A stretch of DNA of 64,000 bases, taken from contig NC_000918.1 in assembly GCF_000008625.1 (NCBI RefSeq), positions 596,989 through 660,988 on the forward strand, in the 5' to 3' direction. This document shows, in pieces, positions 30,086-44,754 of the stretch (within the stretch, counting starts at the first letter, position 1; the number at the start of each line of letters is the position of its first letter). This DNA is from Aquifex aeolicus VF5 (GTDB lineage Bacteria; Aquificota; Aquificia; Aquificales; Aquificaceae). The notes under the pieces are model-generated. The model was given only the letters and a program-made list of their open reading frames with translations. It made no database searches and was not told the origin of the DNA. The position numbers and the translations under genes are program-made.

Positions 30086-30894
30086 TCTTTTTAAAGAATT
30101 CCAAAAAGGCATTTGAGACTTTTAAAAGAGTTGAAAGAGTTTTAAAAGATTTAAACCTCAGCTACAAAAAGTTTATAAACAGGAAGGAACTTTTTAAAGT
30201 TTTAAAACCTAAGGATTATGAACTCTTTCTCGTTATAGGGGGAGATGGTACATTCTTGAGTGCCGCTCGCATCGCTTCGCGTTTCGGTGTTCCCCTTGTT
30301 GGTGTAAACGAAGGGAGGTTCGGTTTTCTCACAGAAATAAAGAAGGAAGAAATAAAAAAAGTTCTGCCGCTGGTACTGGAAGGAAGGGCGAAACTTCAGG
30401 AGAGGTTGATGATAGACGTTTACCTGAGGAGCAGAAACAGGTTGAGGTATCTCGGGAATTACCTGAACGACGCCGTGATTTCAAAGAGCAGTATAGCGAG
30501 GATAATAAGGACTAAGGTGTTTATAAATGGGGAGGAAGTTCTGGAGGTCTTCGGAGACGGTGTTATCCTTTCCACACCTACGGGTTCAACCGCCTACGCA
30601 CTTTCCGCGGGAGGACCGATTGTTTACCCCGAATCTCAGAACTTACTCTTCGTTCCCATATGCCCCCATACGCTTTCAAACAGACCCCTCGTTCTTCCCT
30701 CTAAATTTGAAGTCAAGTTCAAAGTGGTTTCGGAAAATATGGAAGCCTTCTTGACCTTGGACGGTCAGGAGGGATTTCATCTAAAGAAGGGGGACGAGGT
30801 AATCGTTAAGCGTTCAAGGTACGTTTGCAGGATGTACTCCCATCCCCGTAAGTCCTTTTTCGGGATACTGAAAGAGAAGTTAAGATGGGGTTGA
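30070..30894 (+). CDS. nadK: NAD+ kinase
   Basis: GGDGTFL and NEGRFGFL motifs. Confidence 0.9.
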   Translation: MRKVLVFLKNSKKAFETFKRVERVLKDLNLSYKKFINRKELFKVLKPKDYELFLVIGGDGTFLSAARIASRFGVPLVGVNEGRFGFLTEIKKEEIKKVLPLVLEGRAKLQERLMIDVYLRSRNRLRYLGNYLNDAVISKSSIARIIRTKVFINGEEVLEVFGDGVILSTPTGSTAYALSAGGPIVYPESQNLLFVPICPHTLSNRPLVLPSKFEVKFKVVSENMEAFLTLDGQEGFHLKKGDEVIVKRSRYVCRMYSHPRKSFFGILKEKLRWG

Positions 30895-31587
30895 TAGCTT
30901 TTTAGACTTCCTGAGGTCGGAACCCTTTATAACGAGCAACTCGTTCATCTCGTAAATTTTTGAAACTACGTTTTCTCCGAGTCTGCTTGCAAGATCCGCA
31001 CTTATCCTCACGCTACTCTCTTCTTCCCTCTGGAGTGAGTAATTCGTGGTTATTATCGTGCTCTTAAGGTTGTTATACCTGTAAGTGATTATGTAAGAGA
31101 TGAGTTCCCTCTGCCAGTCACTGAGCCTCTCAGAACCGAGGTCGTCGAGAACCAAAACCGGTGAGTTTAAGACAGTTTTTAAAAACTTTGTATCCTTTCC
31201 CTCGTCCATTAAGTGTTTTAACCTGAATATTAGATCCTTCGTATCGAAGAAGTATCCTCTGATTCCCTTCTTCTCATAAATCGCTTTTAATGTTGCAACC
31301 GCAAGGTGAGTTTTGCCGACTCCAGGAGATCCTACAAAGGTAAGCCCTTTCCCTTCCTCGGGATTGAAGTTGTGGACGAAGACCCTTATCGTCAAAAGTG
31401 CCCTGTTCTGGGATACGTTCTTGGGGTGGTAAGTGTCTAAGTTGGCGTTCCAGTACCTCTTTGGGATGTTTAGTTCCCTGTTTACATCCCTTTTCTTGAA
31501 CCTGCATTCGCAGAGCCTTACCTTGTTGTCTTCGGTCTTTACGAATCCCGTCCCCTGACAAATACTGCAGGTAGCGGTATCTTGCAT
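30880..31587 (-). CDS. dnaC: helicase loader DnaC (AAA+ ATPase with an N-terminal Zn-ribbon)
   Basis: The internal ATG gives 235 aa, MQDTATCSICQGTGFV...CEC, with Walker A GSPGVGKTHLAVA and Walker B VLVLDDLG. The track start at 31623 is a TTG. Confidence 0.8.
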   Translation of the reverse strand: MQDTATCSICQGTGFVKTEDNKVRLCECRFKKRDVNRELNIPKRYWNANLDTYHPKNVSQNRALLTIRVFVHNFNPEEGKGLTFVGSPGVGKTHLAVATLKAIYEKKGIRGYFFDTKDLIFRLKHLMDEGKDTKFLKTVLNSPVLVLDDLGSERLSDWQRELISYIITYRYNNLKSTIITTNYSLQREEESSVRISADLASRLGENVVSKIYEMNELLVIKGSDLRKSKKLSTPS

Positions 31588-31619
31588 ACTTTTAAATATC
31601 TGGTTTCGTAAGTTATTTT

Positions 31620-32381
31620 TCAATCGTTACTTTTCCTCCCTTTCATAAACTCAACGAGTTCCAAGGGAAAGGGGAATATAACGGTCTTCGCGTTGTGTAG
31701 TCCTATAGTGTGTAGAGTTTCCAAGTACCTCAGTTGTATGGCTATCGGTTCCTGAGCTAGAATTCTCGCAGCTTCAAGGAGTTTTTGTGCAGCCTGGTAT
31801 TCCGCCTCAGCGCTTATTATCTTAGCCCTCCTTTCCCTTTCCGCCTCAGCCTGCCTTGCAAGAGCCTTTCTCAGTTCTTCTGGAAGGTCTATTTTCTTGA
31901 GTTCAACCGCTATAACCTTCACACCCCATGGATCCGTTTGCCTGTCTATAATTTCTTGAAGTTTCATATTTATCTTTTCCCTTTGAGACAGGAGTTCGTC
32001 CAGCTCCGCCTCACCGCAGACACTCCTCAAAGTCGTCTGGGCGATCTGGGAAGTTGCGTAAAAGTAGTCTTCCACCTCGACAATAGCTTTTACAGGGTCA
32101 ACAACCCTGAAGTAAACGACCGCGTCCACCTGAACGGTTACGTTGTCCTTCGTTATAACGTCCTGAGTGGGAACGTCCAGAGTTACCGTCCTCAGGGAAA
32201 CCCTCACTATTCTATCTATAATCGGTATAACTATTATGAGACCGGGACCTTTAGCCCCTATTACCCTTCCGAGACGAAACACAACTGCCCTTTCGTACTC
32301 GGGAATTACTTTGATTGCTGAAGCCAAAAACAGCAGGACTAAGATCGCTATGAATATCGGCGGAAGAGGCAAAAATTCCAT
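31620..32381 (-). CDS. SPFH/band-7 (stomatin/prohibitin-like) protein
   Basis: An N-terminal TM helix followed by an SPFH domain ([15 protein letters not shown]...) and a C-terminal coiled coil. Confidence 0.85.
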   Translation of the reverse strand: MEFLPLPPIFIAILVLLFLASAIKVIPEYERAVVFRLGRVIGAKGPGLIIVIPIIDRIVRVSLRTVTLDVPTQDVITKDNVTVQVDAVVYFRVVDPVKAIVEVEDYFYATSQIAQTTLRSVCGEAELDELLSQREKINMKLQEIIDRQTDPWGVKVIAVELKKIDLPEELRKALARQAEAERERRAKIISAEAEYQAAQKLLEAARILAQEPIAIQLRYLETLHTIGLHNAKTVIFPFPLELVEFMKGRKSND

Positions 32382-32389
32382 AATAGTAT

Positions 32390-33043
32390 TTAGATTAATT
32401 CAAGAATGTAAAAAGCCAAGGTTAAACACGTTATAAATATAACGAGCCCGTAAGCTTTGTAGAGCCAGACGTTAGTTCTATAAAAGCCCCTGTCTATTTG
32501 GCTTATGGTCCTGTAGAAGTTTGCGGTACCGAGCACGAGTGTTAAAACTCCTATACCGATAATGAAAGCACCTATGCTGAAGAGCTTTTCGTGGTGAACT
32601 CTTGTACTTATGTGAAGTATTCTGTCGAGCTGAACGAGGAAAAATTCAAACTTCTCTATAACGAAACCGAAAACAGTTATAGCTATAGCCGTTCTTATCC
32701 ACGCGAGGAACGTCCTTTCGGCAGCCATGTAGATACGGGGGTCAACAACTTCCTTTGCGTCAACCTGTTCACCGCACTTTAAATAACTCATCGTTTTGTA
32801 GAAACTGAAGAGTCCTACAGCGGCTACTAAAGTAGCTATAACCGCAAGAGCTCCTGCTCCTGTTCTCAAGAATTCCGCTATATCACCCTTATTCATCATC
32901 TTCGCCACCCACTCAATCTTTGTTAGTCCAAGAGCAAAACTGATAACCAGAATTGAAAAACGCAGTTGACTGAGGTAAGTCCTTTCCGTGGACATAAAAA
33001 GCCTTGGTTCCTGAAGGGGAGGTAATTTCTTATAAATGTCCAC
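32390..33043 (-). CDS. DUF202 (YidH-like) membrane protein with a duplicated ERT(Y/F)L(A/S)W motif
   Basis: [14 protein letters not shown] and [13 protein letters not shown] repeats in a membrane protein. Confidence 0.55.
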   Translation of the reverse strand: MDIYKKLPPLQEPRLFMSTERTYLSQLRFSILVISFALGLTKIEWVAKMMNKGDIAEFLRTGAGALAVIATLVAAVGLFSFYKTMSYLKCGEQVDAKEVVDPRIYMAAERTFLAWIRTAIAITVFGFVIEKFEFFLVQLDRILHISTRVHHEKLFSIGAFIIGIGVLTLVLGTANFYRTISQIDRGFYRTNVWLYKAYGLVIFITCLTLAFYILELI

Positions 33044-33076
33044 AAAAACTTAATTATATCTTAAAATTTTTAAGTT

Positions 33077-33433
33077 ATGAAGAGAATGGCGGGAGTCCTC
33101 GGAGTAGTTCTCGGAGTCTTTGCCCTTTTCGGAAGCGGGAAGAGCGTAGATTACGGAGACTGGTGTCCCAAAGGAAAAAGCCTCGGGAAAGACATTTACG
33201 TTGAAGGTATAGTTGACTACGAAGGTAAGAACTGGTGTAAAGTTGTAGTAAGAACACCTTACTCAGTCACCGAAGTTTATTACACACCCGATGGCTCCGG
33301 AGAGAAGGTTGTAAAGTACAAGAACGGAAAAAAGATGGCTGAGATAGAGCTCGTGGAAAATCAGGTTTACCTGAGACTTTACGACAAAAATGGAAAAGTT
33401 GTTGAGGAGATAAAGTCGAGGGAAGAGTTTTAG
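33077..33433 (+). CDS. hypothetical secreted protein (signal peptide, two Cys)
   Basis: MKRMAGVLGVVLGVFALFGSG signal peptide. No family was recognised. Confidence 0.4.
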   Translation: MKRMAGVLGVVLGVFALFGSGKSVDYGDWCPKGKSLGKDIYVEGIVDYEGKNWCKVVVRTPYSVTEVYYTPDGSGEKVVKYKNGKKMAEIELVENQVYLRLYDKNGKVVEEIKSREEF

Positions 33434-33440
33434 AATGTAA

Positions 33441-34250
<810 letters not shown>

Positions 34251-34283
34251 ACCTTTGATAAGATAACTCTAAAGGAGGAGATT

Positions 34284-34541
34284 ATGGAAGAACAAAGATT
34301 TGTAGCAGTTCCTTTTGCGCTGGTGGGCTTTTTCGTAACAGACAGGGACGTTGAAGAGAGCATAAGGACGGACATGACTCCCGAGGAACTGGAAAAGCTT
34401 CAGGAACTCCTCGCAAGGTTCTTGTTTAAGGAAGGCGTCAGAGTGGCTATTTACCCTTCGGTGGTACCCCCTGAGCAAGCCTCAGAAGCCGTTAAGGAAC
34501 TTGAACAATTAATCTTCGGTGAGGAAGAGGGAGAAAAATGA
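34284..34541 (+). CDS. hypothetical 85-aa protein, ATGA-coupled to dapB
   Basis: The ORF ends 4 nt into dapB. No motif was recognised. Confidence 0.3.
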   Translation: MEEQRFVAVPFALVGFFVTDRDVEESIRTDMTPEELEKLQELLARFLFKEGVRVAIYPSVVPPEQASEAVKELEQLIFGEEEGEK

Positions 34542-35335
34542 GCGTCAGGGTGGTAGTTTGTGGTGCCCTCGGTAGGATGGGAAGGAGGATAATAGAACTT
34601 GCACTTCAGGATAAAGATGTGGAAGTAGTCGGAGGAGTTGAACATCCGGACTGCGTACCTTCAATAGATCTGGGAGAAGCCCTTGGAAAGGAAGAACTGA
34701 AAGGAAAACCTCTAACGAGCAGACTCGAAGAACTCCTTCCCTACACGGATGTGGTTATAGAGTTTTCGGGAAATCCCACCGCGGCTGTAGGGCACGCGGA
34801 GTTAACCACCCTTGAAAAGAAGGCGATAGTTATAGGAACTACTGGATTTACGAAACAGGAAATTGAACAGATAAAGGAGTTTTCAAAAAACGCTCCCGTT
34901 TTACTCTCACCCAATATGAGTTTGGGAGTAAACCTCCTCTTCAAACTCGCAGAAATCGCTGCAAAGGTTTTGAAAGACAAAAACTTTGACGCGGAAATAA
35001 TGGAAATACACCACAGGTTTAAGAAGGACGCTCCGAGCGGAACGGCTATGAAACTCGCCGAAATACTCTCCGAAACTCTTGAGAAGAAGAACTTGGTTTT
35101 CGGTAGAAAGGGAGAAGCTCCCAGAAAAGAGGACGAGATAGGCGTTATGGCTCTAAGGGGTGGAGACGTGGTAGGAGATCACACCGTTTACTTCTTAGGA
35201 TTTGGTGAGAGGATAGAGCTCACCCACAGGGCGACGTCCAGAGATACCTTTGCAAAAGGTGCCGTTGAAGCGGCAAAGTGGATTAAGGGGAAAGAACCCG
35301 GATTTTACACGATGTTTGACGTGCTCGGGCTCTGA
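34538..35335 (+). CDS. dapB: 4-hydroxy-tetrahydrodipicolinate reductase
   Basis: [23 protein letters not shown] Rossmann N-terminus and a length of 265 aa. Confidence 0.9.
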
Positions 35336-36531
35336 GCCCTCTTTATATGCTTCACGTAAACGAGAACACCTTTACTTATGTTGTACAAAAAGTAAAGAGA
35401 ACTTATAAGGAAGAAAGTGGGAGGGAGAAAGTAAAGCTTAAAAATCAAAAAGATTAAGGAGAATATAGAAATTATGTGAAGGTAAAAGTTATTCCACATC
35501 TTTTTCTGAGGGATTACCTCAAACATCGTGGGGGCTTTGGGTACGCCTTTTGTAGAAAGGTGCATCCACACCAGAAATGGGATAATCCTGTACATCATTG
35601 CCATAATAACGCTTAAAACAAACATTCCAAAGGAAATTAGGAAAAGGTAGAAGAGATTTTCTCTGAACGGGAATAAAACACACGAAATTATCAAAAAGGT
35701 CATAGATACGTACCAGAGACTGATGAGCGGGTCCTTTATCTTTCTCTTTCTCCGGAGGAGTAGTTTAATCGTAAAGAAGGCGTAAATTGTAAAAATCAGA
35801 GATATAAAAACGTCTATTAAGGAAAAGTTAGGTAAAAATACTTTCAAAACCAGTAAAGTAAAAACTGTTTTGGGAAGGTAAGAGGATATAAACTTGGGAT
35901 AAGGTGGGGTTACGAAAAACATTTCTATAACTTGAAAGGAAACGCTTGCAACTAGAGTTGCAGTCCATCCAAAGAGCATAAAACTCATGTGAAGGTCAAA
36001 TAAATACTTGTGGTTTAAGTTTATAAAACCGAATAAATTCAGCACTAAGAACGTTGCAAGAATAATGCCTGCTGTGAAGGAGCCAAGGGCAAACCTGAAG
36101 CCTCTCGGAGCATCTCTTAAGTTCTTTATCCTTAAAAGTTTATATAGCATAAGGGAAGATATGTAGAGGAGGGAAATGAGTAAAAAGAAAAGTCCGAGAA
36201 GAGCAACTTTATTGAAAGAATAAAGACCGTAAACCAGAAATAAGGTTCCGAGGGTGAGCCCGATGTGTACAAAGGTTGCCTTTTTCAGGGGATCTTCTAT
36301 TACCGCACCCGCCACCACGGGAAGCATCTGAAAGAGAGCTCCTATCATTGTGCTCGCCATGAATCCTAGGGTGAACACGTGAACGGAAGGAGTTAAGTAA
36401 AACTCCTTGTTAAAAGCCTGATAAAGCAGAAACAGGAATTCTAAGTTCAGAAAAATCAAAGCAGTTATGAAGAACCTCGCGATTATGCTGAAAGGGGGCA
36501 GGTAAAGAAGGTTTAGTCCTCCCGGGCTCAT
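35305..36531 (-). CDS. polytopic membrane protein, possibly NnrS-family (408 aa, ~12 TM)
   Basis: The size and topology fit NnrS. The [21 protein letters not shown] helix has a conserved-looking His, and the gene is coupled to an upstream hemerythrin-like gene. Confidence 0.4.
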
Positions 36532-36962
36532 ACTTCTCCAAGCTCTGCCATTTTACTGACCATCTTTTCCGCGTTGAGGTTCTGATCGGACATGGGGTAG
36601 AGTATCTGTTCCTCCTTCATGTTGTGTTGCTGGATAAGTATCATCAAAGACTCACCGAGGGAGAGGAATTCATCCTTGTTCTTTTCCTCCAGAGCCTTTT
36701 CCATCCTCTCGAGCAGTTCCCTTGCCTGATCGTGCTCCATCCTCATTACCTGAGTTGGGCCCATCACTATACCTGTTCTTTGTTCAAACTCGGGAAATAA
36801 AACTTCCTCTTCCTTTTTAAAGTGAAGTAAGGTTTTTTCCTTGAACTCTTTAAAGAGTTCCTTTGCCTTTTCCCAGTTTCCTTCGTTTACAGCCTTTTCC
36901 ACTTCCGCGTAAATCTGGTCGCACTTCCTGTGTTCTTCCGTGAGGTACTGAGTTATACTCAT
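36528..36962 (-). CDS. hemerythrin-like (HHE cation-binding) domain protein
   Basis: The His/Glu pattern ([29 protein letters not shown]) is typical of hemerythrin/RIC-like di-iron proteins. The ATG at 36960-36962 follows GGAGGTG. Confidence 0.65.
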
Positions 36963-37039
36963 TTTGCACCTCCGTGAGTAAGTATTCATTTATTAATATA
37001 CATCTAAAAAGAAGATTTAAAAGGTTAGAATATTTATCC

Positions 37040-37453
37040 ATGGAAAAGACGGTAACCTTTCTACTCAATCCTCTCAAAAACAACAAGGTATGGGCTGTAC
37101 TGATGCCGGACGGTGAGCTAATGGACGATATAGTTTCGGTAAAAAGGGCTCAAACGTGTATGGAAGAAAACGAACAGATCTGGGTAAACCCCTTCGGCGG
37201 TGCCTACATGTGGGACACGAAAGTGAGCGAACCCTACGAAGCCGAGTTCGTTTTATTCAAAAAAGAAGCCGTTCAATACATGTGCATCTTCAACTTGCAC
37301 GAGGCTGACCTTCAGTACATAGATTACTCACCTATAAGCGGTGAACTTCTGTTTGATGAGGAAGAGTTAAAGAAGAAGTTGGACGAGAAAACGCTTAATG
37401 AGTTCAAGATATTTATGAACGAACTCTGGGGCTACATAAAGGAAGTCTCTTAA
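37040..37453 (+). CDS. hypothetical protein
   Basis: Internal start MEKTVTFLLNPLKNNKVWAVLMPDGE. No family was recognised. Confidence 0.4.
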   Translation: MEKTVTFLLNPLKNNKVWAVLMPDGELMDDIVSVKRAQTCMEENEQIWVNPFGGAYMWDTKVSEPYEAEFVLFKKEAVQYMCIFNLHEADLQYIDYSPISGELLFDEEELKKKLDEKTLNEFKIFMNELWGYIKEVS

Positions 37454-37740
37454 TCCTCACTCTCTATCACTATTTCGTCGCAGTCTTCTTTTTCTATTAC
37501 CAACTGACAGGTGAGTCTCTGGTCTTCGTCTACCGCCCCCACTCTCCAGAGGGTTTCCTCTTCTTCCTCCGAAGGCTCGTTTAAACACTCCATTCCCTTT
37601 ATAACCCTTGCAACGCAAACACCGCACTGACCGTCCGTACAACCGAACTCTATGCCTGCCTTTTCAATTTCGTGACTGAGCTCACCGAACCTCACACCTT
37701 TGGGTATGTCAAACTCTTTTCCGTTGATAATTACCTTCAT
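37450..37740 (-). CDS. [2Fe-2S] ferredoxin
   Basis: About 96 aa with CTDGQCGVC...C ligands and an acidic C-terminus. The track start at 37746 is a TTG. Confidence 0.8.
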   Translation of the reverse strand: MKVIINGKEFDIPKGVRFGELSHEIEKAGIEFGCTDGQCGVCVARVIKGMECLNEPSEEEEETLWRVGAVDEDQRLTCQLVIEKEDCDEIVIESED

Positions 37741-37790
37741 ACTCAAGTATTCTAAGCAAAAGCTTTATAACGTTCACTGATTTTCGTTCA

Positions 37791-39176
37791 TCATTCTAGC
37801 AGGGCTTCCACGTAGGCGTCAGCGTCAAAGGGCTGAAGATCGTCAATCCCCTCACCAACACCGACGAGCTTTATTGGGATTTTGAGCTCCCTGCAAATTG
37901 CCACTACAGCACCGCCTTTTGCACTCCCGTCTAGCTTGGTGACCACTATTCCCGTTATGTCAACAGCTTCCTTAAAGACTTTCGCCTGTTGAATTGCGTT
38001 CTGTCCCGTAGTTGCGTCTATAACGAGCAGGGTCTCGGAAGGCTCCTCTTTGTCAAACTTCTGTATTACTTTCTTTATCTTCCTGAGTTCGTTAATTAAA
38101 GGCTCTTTTGTGTGGAGTCTTCCCGCGGTGTCCACGAGAACCACCTCGTAGCCTTCTTCTTTCGCCTTTTTCATACCTTCGTAAACCACAGCTCCAGGAT
38201 CGGAACCCTCTTCCTTCTTTACTATGTCCACTCCTGCCCTCTTCGCCCAGACTTCTAGCTGTTCTATAGCCGCCGCCCTGAAGGTGTCTCCCGCAACGAG
38301 GAGGACTTTTTTACCTTTCTGTTTTAATTGATGGGCAAGTTTCCCTATTGTCGTGGTTTTACCCGAGCCGTTCACTCCCACGAAGAGTAAAACCGCCCCT
38401 ACCTTTTCGGGTATTTTTAACTCTCCCTGACAGTTTTTCAGGAGTTCCTTTAACTCCTTTTTGAGGAGCTCTTTTATCTTTTCCCCTTCTTTTATATTCT
38501 TCCTTATGGCTTCCTTTCTGAGTTTTTCTGTTAATTCTACCGCTGTTTTCACGCCTACGTCCGCTTTGACGAGCATTTCTTCAAGCTCTTCAAAGAACTC
38601 CTCGTCTACTTTCCTTCCCCTGAAGAGAACTCCAAACTCTACCGCTTCCTTCGTCTTCTGGAGACCTCTCCTTAACTTGTCAAGTATTGATTCCTTCTTT
38701 TCTTCTATGAGACCGAGTTCCTTTTTAAGCTGTGTTATGAAGTTTTCAAGTTCCTCCTTTTTCTCGTAGGGAACTAGCTTTTCCGCTCTCTGGGCGTACT
38801 CAAGGGCTTTATCTGGTTTTTCTAGCTGGTGGTAAATCTTTGCCACGTTGTAAAGACTCTCAAAGTCTCCAACCTTTAAAAATTCTTCTATCGCCTTCTG
38901 GTACTCACCTACCGCTTGATAAACCTTTGCCCTTTCCTTTGCCTTTCCAATTTTGTCTCCGTACTTTTTGAGAAGGGGGTAAGCCTGTACGAGTTTCCCC
39001 TCCTGAACGTAAAGTTCAAAGAGAAGTTCCGCAAGGTCCTCTCTCTGGGAAGCGTACTTCTTTAAAATCTTCTCCGCTTTTTCTTTCTTTCCCTGTTTTA
39101 TGAGTTCGAGGATTGCGTTTTTATCCCCTTTTTCCGCCTTTTTCTCTACGTCTGACTTTCTCCAGAAGAAAACCAT
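37791..39176 (-). CDS. ftsY: signal recognition particle receptor FtsY with an N-terminal TPR-like extension
   Basis: The NG domain carries GVNGSGKTTTIGKLA and DTAGR motifs. The N-terminal ~170 aa is helical and TPR-like, in place of the usual acidic A domain. Confidence 0.9.
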   Translation of the reverse strand: MVFFWRKSDVEKKAEKGDKNAILELIKQGKKEKAEKILKKYASQREDLAELLFELYVQEGKLVQAYPLLKKYGDKIGKAKERAKVYQAVGEYQKAIEEFLKVGDFESLYNVAKIYHQLEKPDKALEYAQRAEKLVPYEKKEELENFITQLKKELGLIEEKKESILDKLRRGLQKTKEAVEFGVLFRGRKVDEEFFEELEEMLVKADVGVKTAVELTEKLRKEAIRKNIKEGEKIKELLKKELKELLKNCQGELKIPEKVGAVLLFVGVNGSGKTTTIGKLAHQLKQKGKKVLLVAGDTFRAAAIEQLEVWAKRAGVDIVKKEEGSDPGAVVYEGMKKAKEEGYEVVLVDTAGRLHTKEPLINELRKIKKVIQKFDKEEPSETLLVIDATTGQNAIQQAKVFKEAVDITGIVVTKLDGSAKGGAVVAICRELKIPIKLVGVGEGIDDLQPFDADAYVEALLE

Positions 39177-39209
39177 ACTGTATTAATTTAAACAAAGATT
39201 TTAAGTCGC

Positions 39210-40826
39210 TTAACGCCTTTCTCTTTTCAAGTGGTAGTAGGGCTCTATAGTTTGTATCCTCGGGTCCTCCACAGCCTTTCCGAAGGTAAAGTGGTACAGA
39301 TCCTGAAAGGTTTTATCGCTTATTCCAAGAACTTCGTGCATTGCGTCGTCAAAAAAGCACCCTATTCCCGTGCCGTTGAGGTTGTGAGCAGTAGCCTCGA
39401 GATACAAAACCTGACCTATTAAGCCTGCCTCCCAGTGTAAATTCCTGTAAAACCAAGGCTCTTCTCTTAAAACTGGCTCAAACAAAGATATCATCCCGAG
39501 GGAAAAAGCACTGTCGCTCGCTATGTCCTGAGCACACGCGACAAAGCCCGCAACTTCCCTGAAATCTCCCGTCTTTAGCAGGTACAGGGGGAAGTCCTCA
39601 AAAACCTTTTCCCAGAGGAATTCGGAAGAGGTTATCTCTTTTAAATCTTTTAAAAGCTCTTCATTTCTCACAAAGCAGTAAAGTCCCTTCGGGAGGTTCT
39701 CAACCCTGTTGACGAATATAAAGAGATTCACAAAAGGAAGTCCTATTTCAACGTCAAAGGGGGAGTAATTGTCCCTTGGCAAGGTTTTATCAAGGGCGTG
39801 TATAAACAGTTCCCTCAATATGTAAGTCTTTCCGTCGTAAGCCATACCGCTCCTTCTCTTTCTAATGACCTCTTCTGCGGACATGTATGAGGGAACCAGG
39901 TTCAGGATGGGAGGGTTTCCGTAGATTACCCTGAACTCCTCCGTTCTCGGTTTTTCGGTCTCCTTTATAGCCCTGTAAATTATCTCCCAGATGACCCTTT
40001 CCTTACTCAGAACGTTAGGCCTTCCGTAGAAGTTCAGCTTCTTAAACTCGTTGATTATGCTTTCGGGGATTGTCCTCGGAACGTCCTGTACTTCCTTCGG
40101 GAATACAAATAAGGCAAGTTCTGGAAACTCCTCTTCCCCTTCTACCCACTGAACCCTATCAAATCCCAGCAGAATTTCCAAATCTTTATCCGAGAGGGCG
40201 TTTAAGTATTTAACTTTCCAACCTTTTAAGTTGGCAGAAAACCTCACGCTACCTATTGCGTGCCCCGTGTCAAGGAGGCAGTACCTGTATGCCCTCTCCC
40301 CGTACTTCCAGGATTCCCTCCAGGGGATACTCGTGAGGATTAATATAAAACCTTCTGTCCCGAAAAAGTCCTTAATTTTTTGGGAAAGCTCGTAAGGGAT
40401 ATCCGCCCTCTTCTCAAGGGCGTGAAGGAAAGGATTGTAGTGAAAAACTCCCTGAAGACCTCCGAGGTGAGGTATTATTACGTAGCACTCCGTGGGGTGA
40501 AGGTTTCCGCTAGAGGGGTTCATCCTCACTGACCAGCGAGAGCCCGGTATAGCCTTCCAGGCGGAAAGCCCGAGGGCAAGCTCTAAAAACTTACTCAAGC
40601 TCTTTACGTTAAACTCTTCCGTGTTTACGAGTCCGTAGTCGTAGAGAGCCTCATACGGGTGGGAAGGATCCTTAAGGAGCGGGAGATCTAGTCTTTCCGT
40701 CCCCTCCCAGAACCTGAAGGGATTGGGCTGATTTTCCCAGTCCAGATATCCCAGCGAGCGTGCAAACCTGTAAGGGTAGTGCTTTGTCTCCGAGTGATAA
40801 AAGAGAACCTCCCTGAAGTCTCCCAC
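39210..40826 (-). CDS. SagB-type dehydrogenase domain protein (tandem nitroreductase-like domains, 538 aa)
   Basis: The N-terminus VLFYHSETKHYPYRF matches the SagB-type FYH..TKH start, and the length is consistent with two nitroreductase folds. Confidence 0.6.
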   Translation of the reverse strand: MGDFREVLFYHSETKHYPYRFARSLGYLDWENQPNPFRFWEGTERLDLPLLKDPSHPYEALYDYGLVNTEEFNVKSLSKFLELALGLSAWKAIPGSRWSVRMNPSSGNLHPTECYVIIPHLGGLQGVFHYNPFLHALEKRADIPYELSQKIKDFFGTEGFILILTSIPWRESWKYGERAYRYCLLDTGHAIGSVRFSANLKGWKVKYLNALSDKDLEILLGFDRVQWVEGEEEFPELALFVFPKEVQDVPRTIPESIINEFKKLNFYGRPNVLSKERVIWEIIYRAIKETEKPRTEEFRVIYGNPPILNLVPSYMSAEEVIRKRRSGMAYDGKTYILRELFIHALDKTLPRDNYSPFDVEIGLPFVNLFIFVNRVENLPKGLYCFVRNEELLKDLKEITSSEFLWEKVFEDFPLYLLKTGDFREVAGFVACAQDIASDSAFSLGMISLFEPVLREEPWFYRNLHWEAGLIGQVLYLEATAHNLNGTGIGCFFDDAMHEVLGISDKTFQDLYHFTFGKAVEDPRIQTIEPYYHLKRERR

Positions 40827-40852
40827 ACCTACAAGTATAAAATAAAGTTCCT

Positions 40853-44107
<3,255 letters not shown>

Positions 44108-44152
44108 TTTCTTAATAATACTTGAAGGTAGGAACGGTTAAACTAATTTTCC

Positions 44153-44743
44153 ATGGAATTCGTAGTAAAGGAAACGGACGGAGATACTCTATACAAGTTA
44201 GTACTCGGACTAGTTGTTCCAAGACCTATAGGATGGGTTTCCACGATCAGCAAGGACGGAATACTGAATATAGCTCCTTTTAGTTTCTTCAACGTCGTAA
44301 ACGACGAACCGCCCGTTTTAATGATATCGGTGAGCAACAGGGACGACAACACTTTAAAAGACACAGTAAAGAACGTACTTGACACAAAAGAATTCGTTGT
44401 AAACATGGTGAGCGAAGAAGTATTTGAGAAAATGCTGATCACGGGAGAGGAATTTCCGCCCGAAGTAAACGAGTTTGAAAAGGCAGGCTTAACACCAGAA
44501 ACTTCAAAATTCGTAAAAGCTCCAAGAATTAAAGAAGCAAAAGTCTCTTTTGAGTGCAAACTTTATAAGTACGTCCCCGTTTACGATATGCACGTGATAT
44601 TTGGGGAAGCTCTTTTAATAAAAGTAGAAGATACAATTCTCGACGAAAACTTAAACGTCAATTATGAAAAGTACAGACCAATAGGAAGGCTCGGGGGGAA
44701 GTACTATGTTAAAGCTTTTGGAGAATGTAAGTTGAAGGTATAA
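44153..44743 (+). CDS. flavin reductase-like FMN-binding split-barrel protein
   Basis: LVVPRPIGWVSTISKDGILNIAPFSFFN. Confidence 0.75.
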   Translation: MEFVVKETDGDTLYKLVLGLVVPRPIGWVSTISKDGILNIAPFSFFNVVNDEPPVLMISVSNRDDNTLKDTVKNVLDTKEFVVNMVSEEVFEKMLITGEEFPPEVNEFEKAGLTPETSKFVKAPRIKEAKVSFECKLYKYVPVYDMHVIFGEALLIKVEDTILDENLNVNYEKYRPIGRLGGKYYVKAFGECKLKV

Positions 44744-44754
44744 TAAGCCGTATT

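Noticed and set aside
30880-31623. DnaC/IstB-like AAA+ ATPase as a marker of an IS21-family insertion sequence
   Set aside because: No IstA transposase or inverted repeats flank it. The 235-aa length and the N-terminal Zn-ribbon fit a chromosomal helicase loader.
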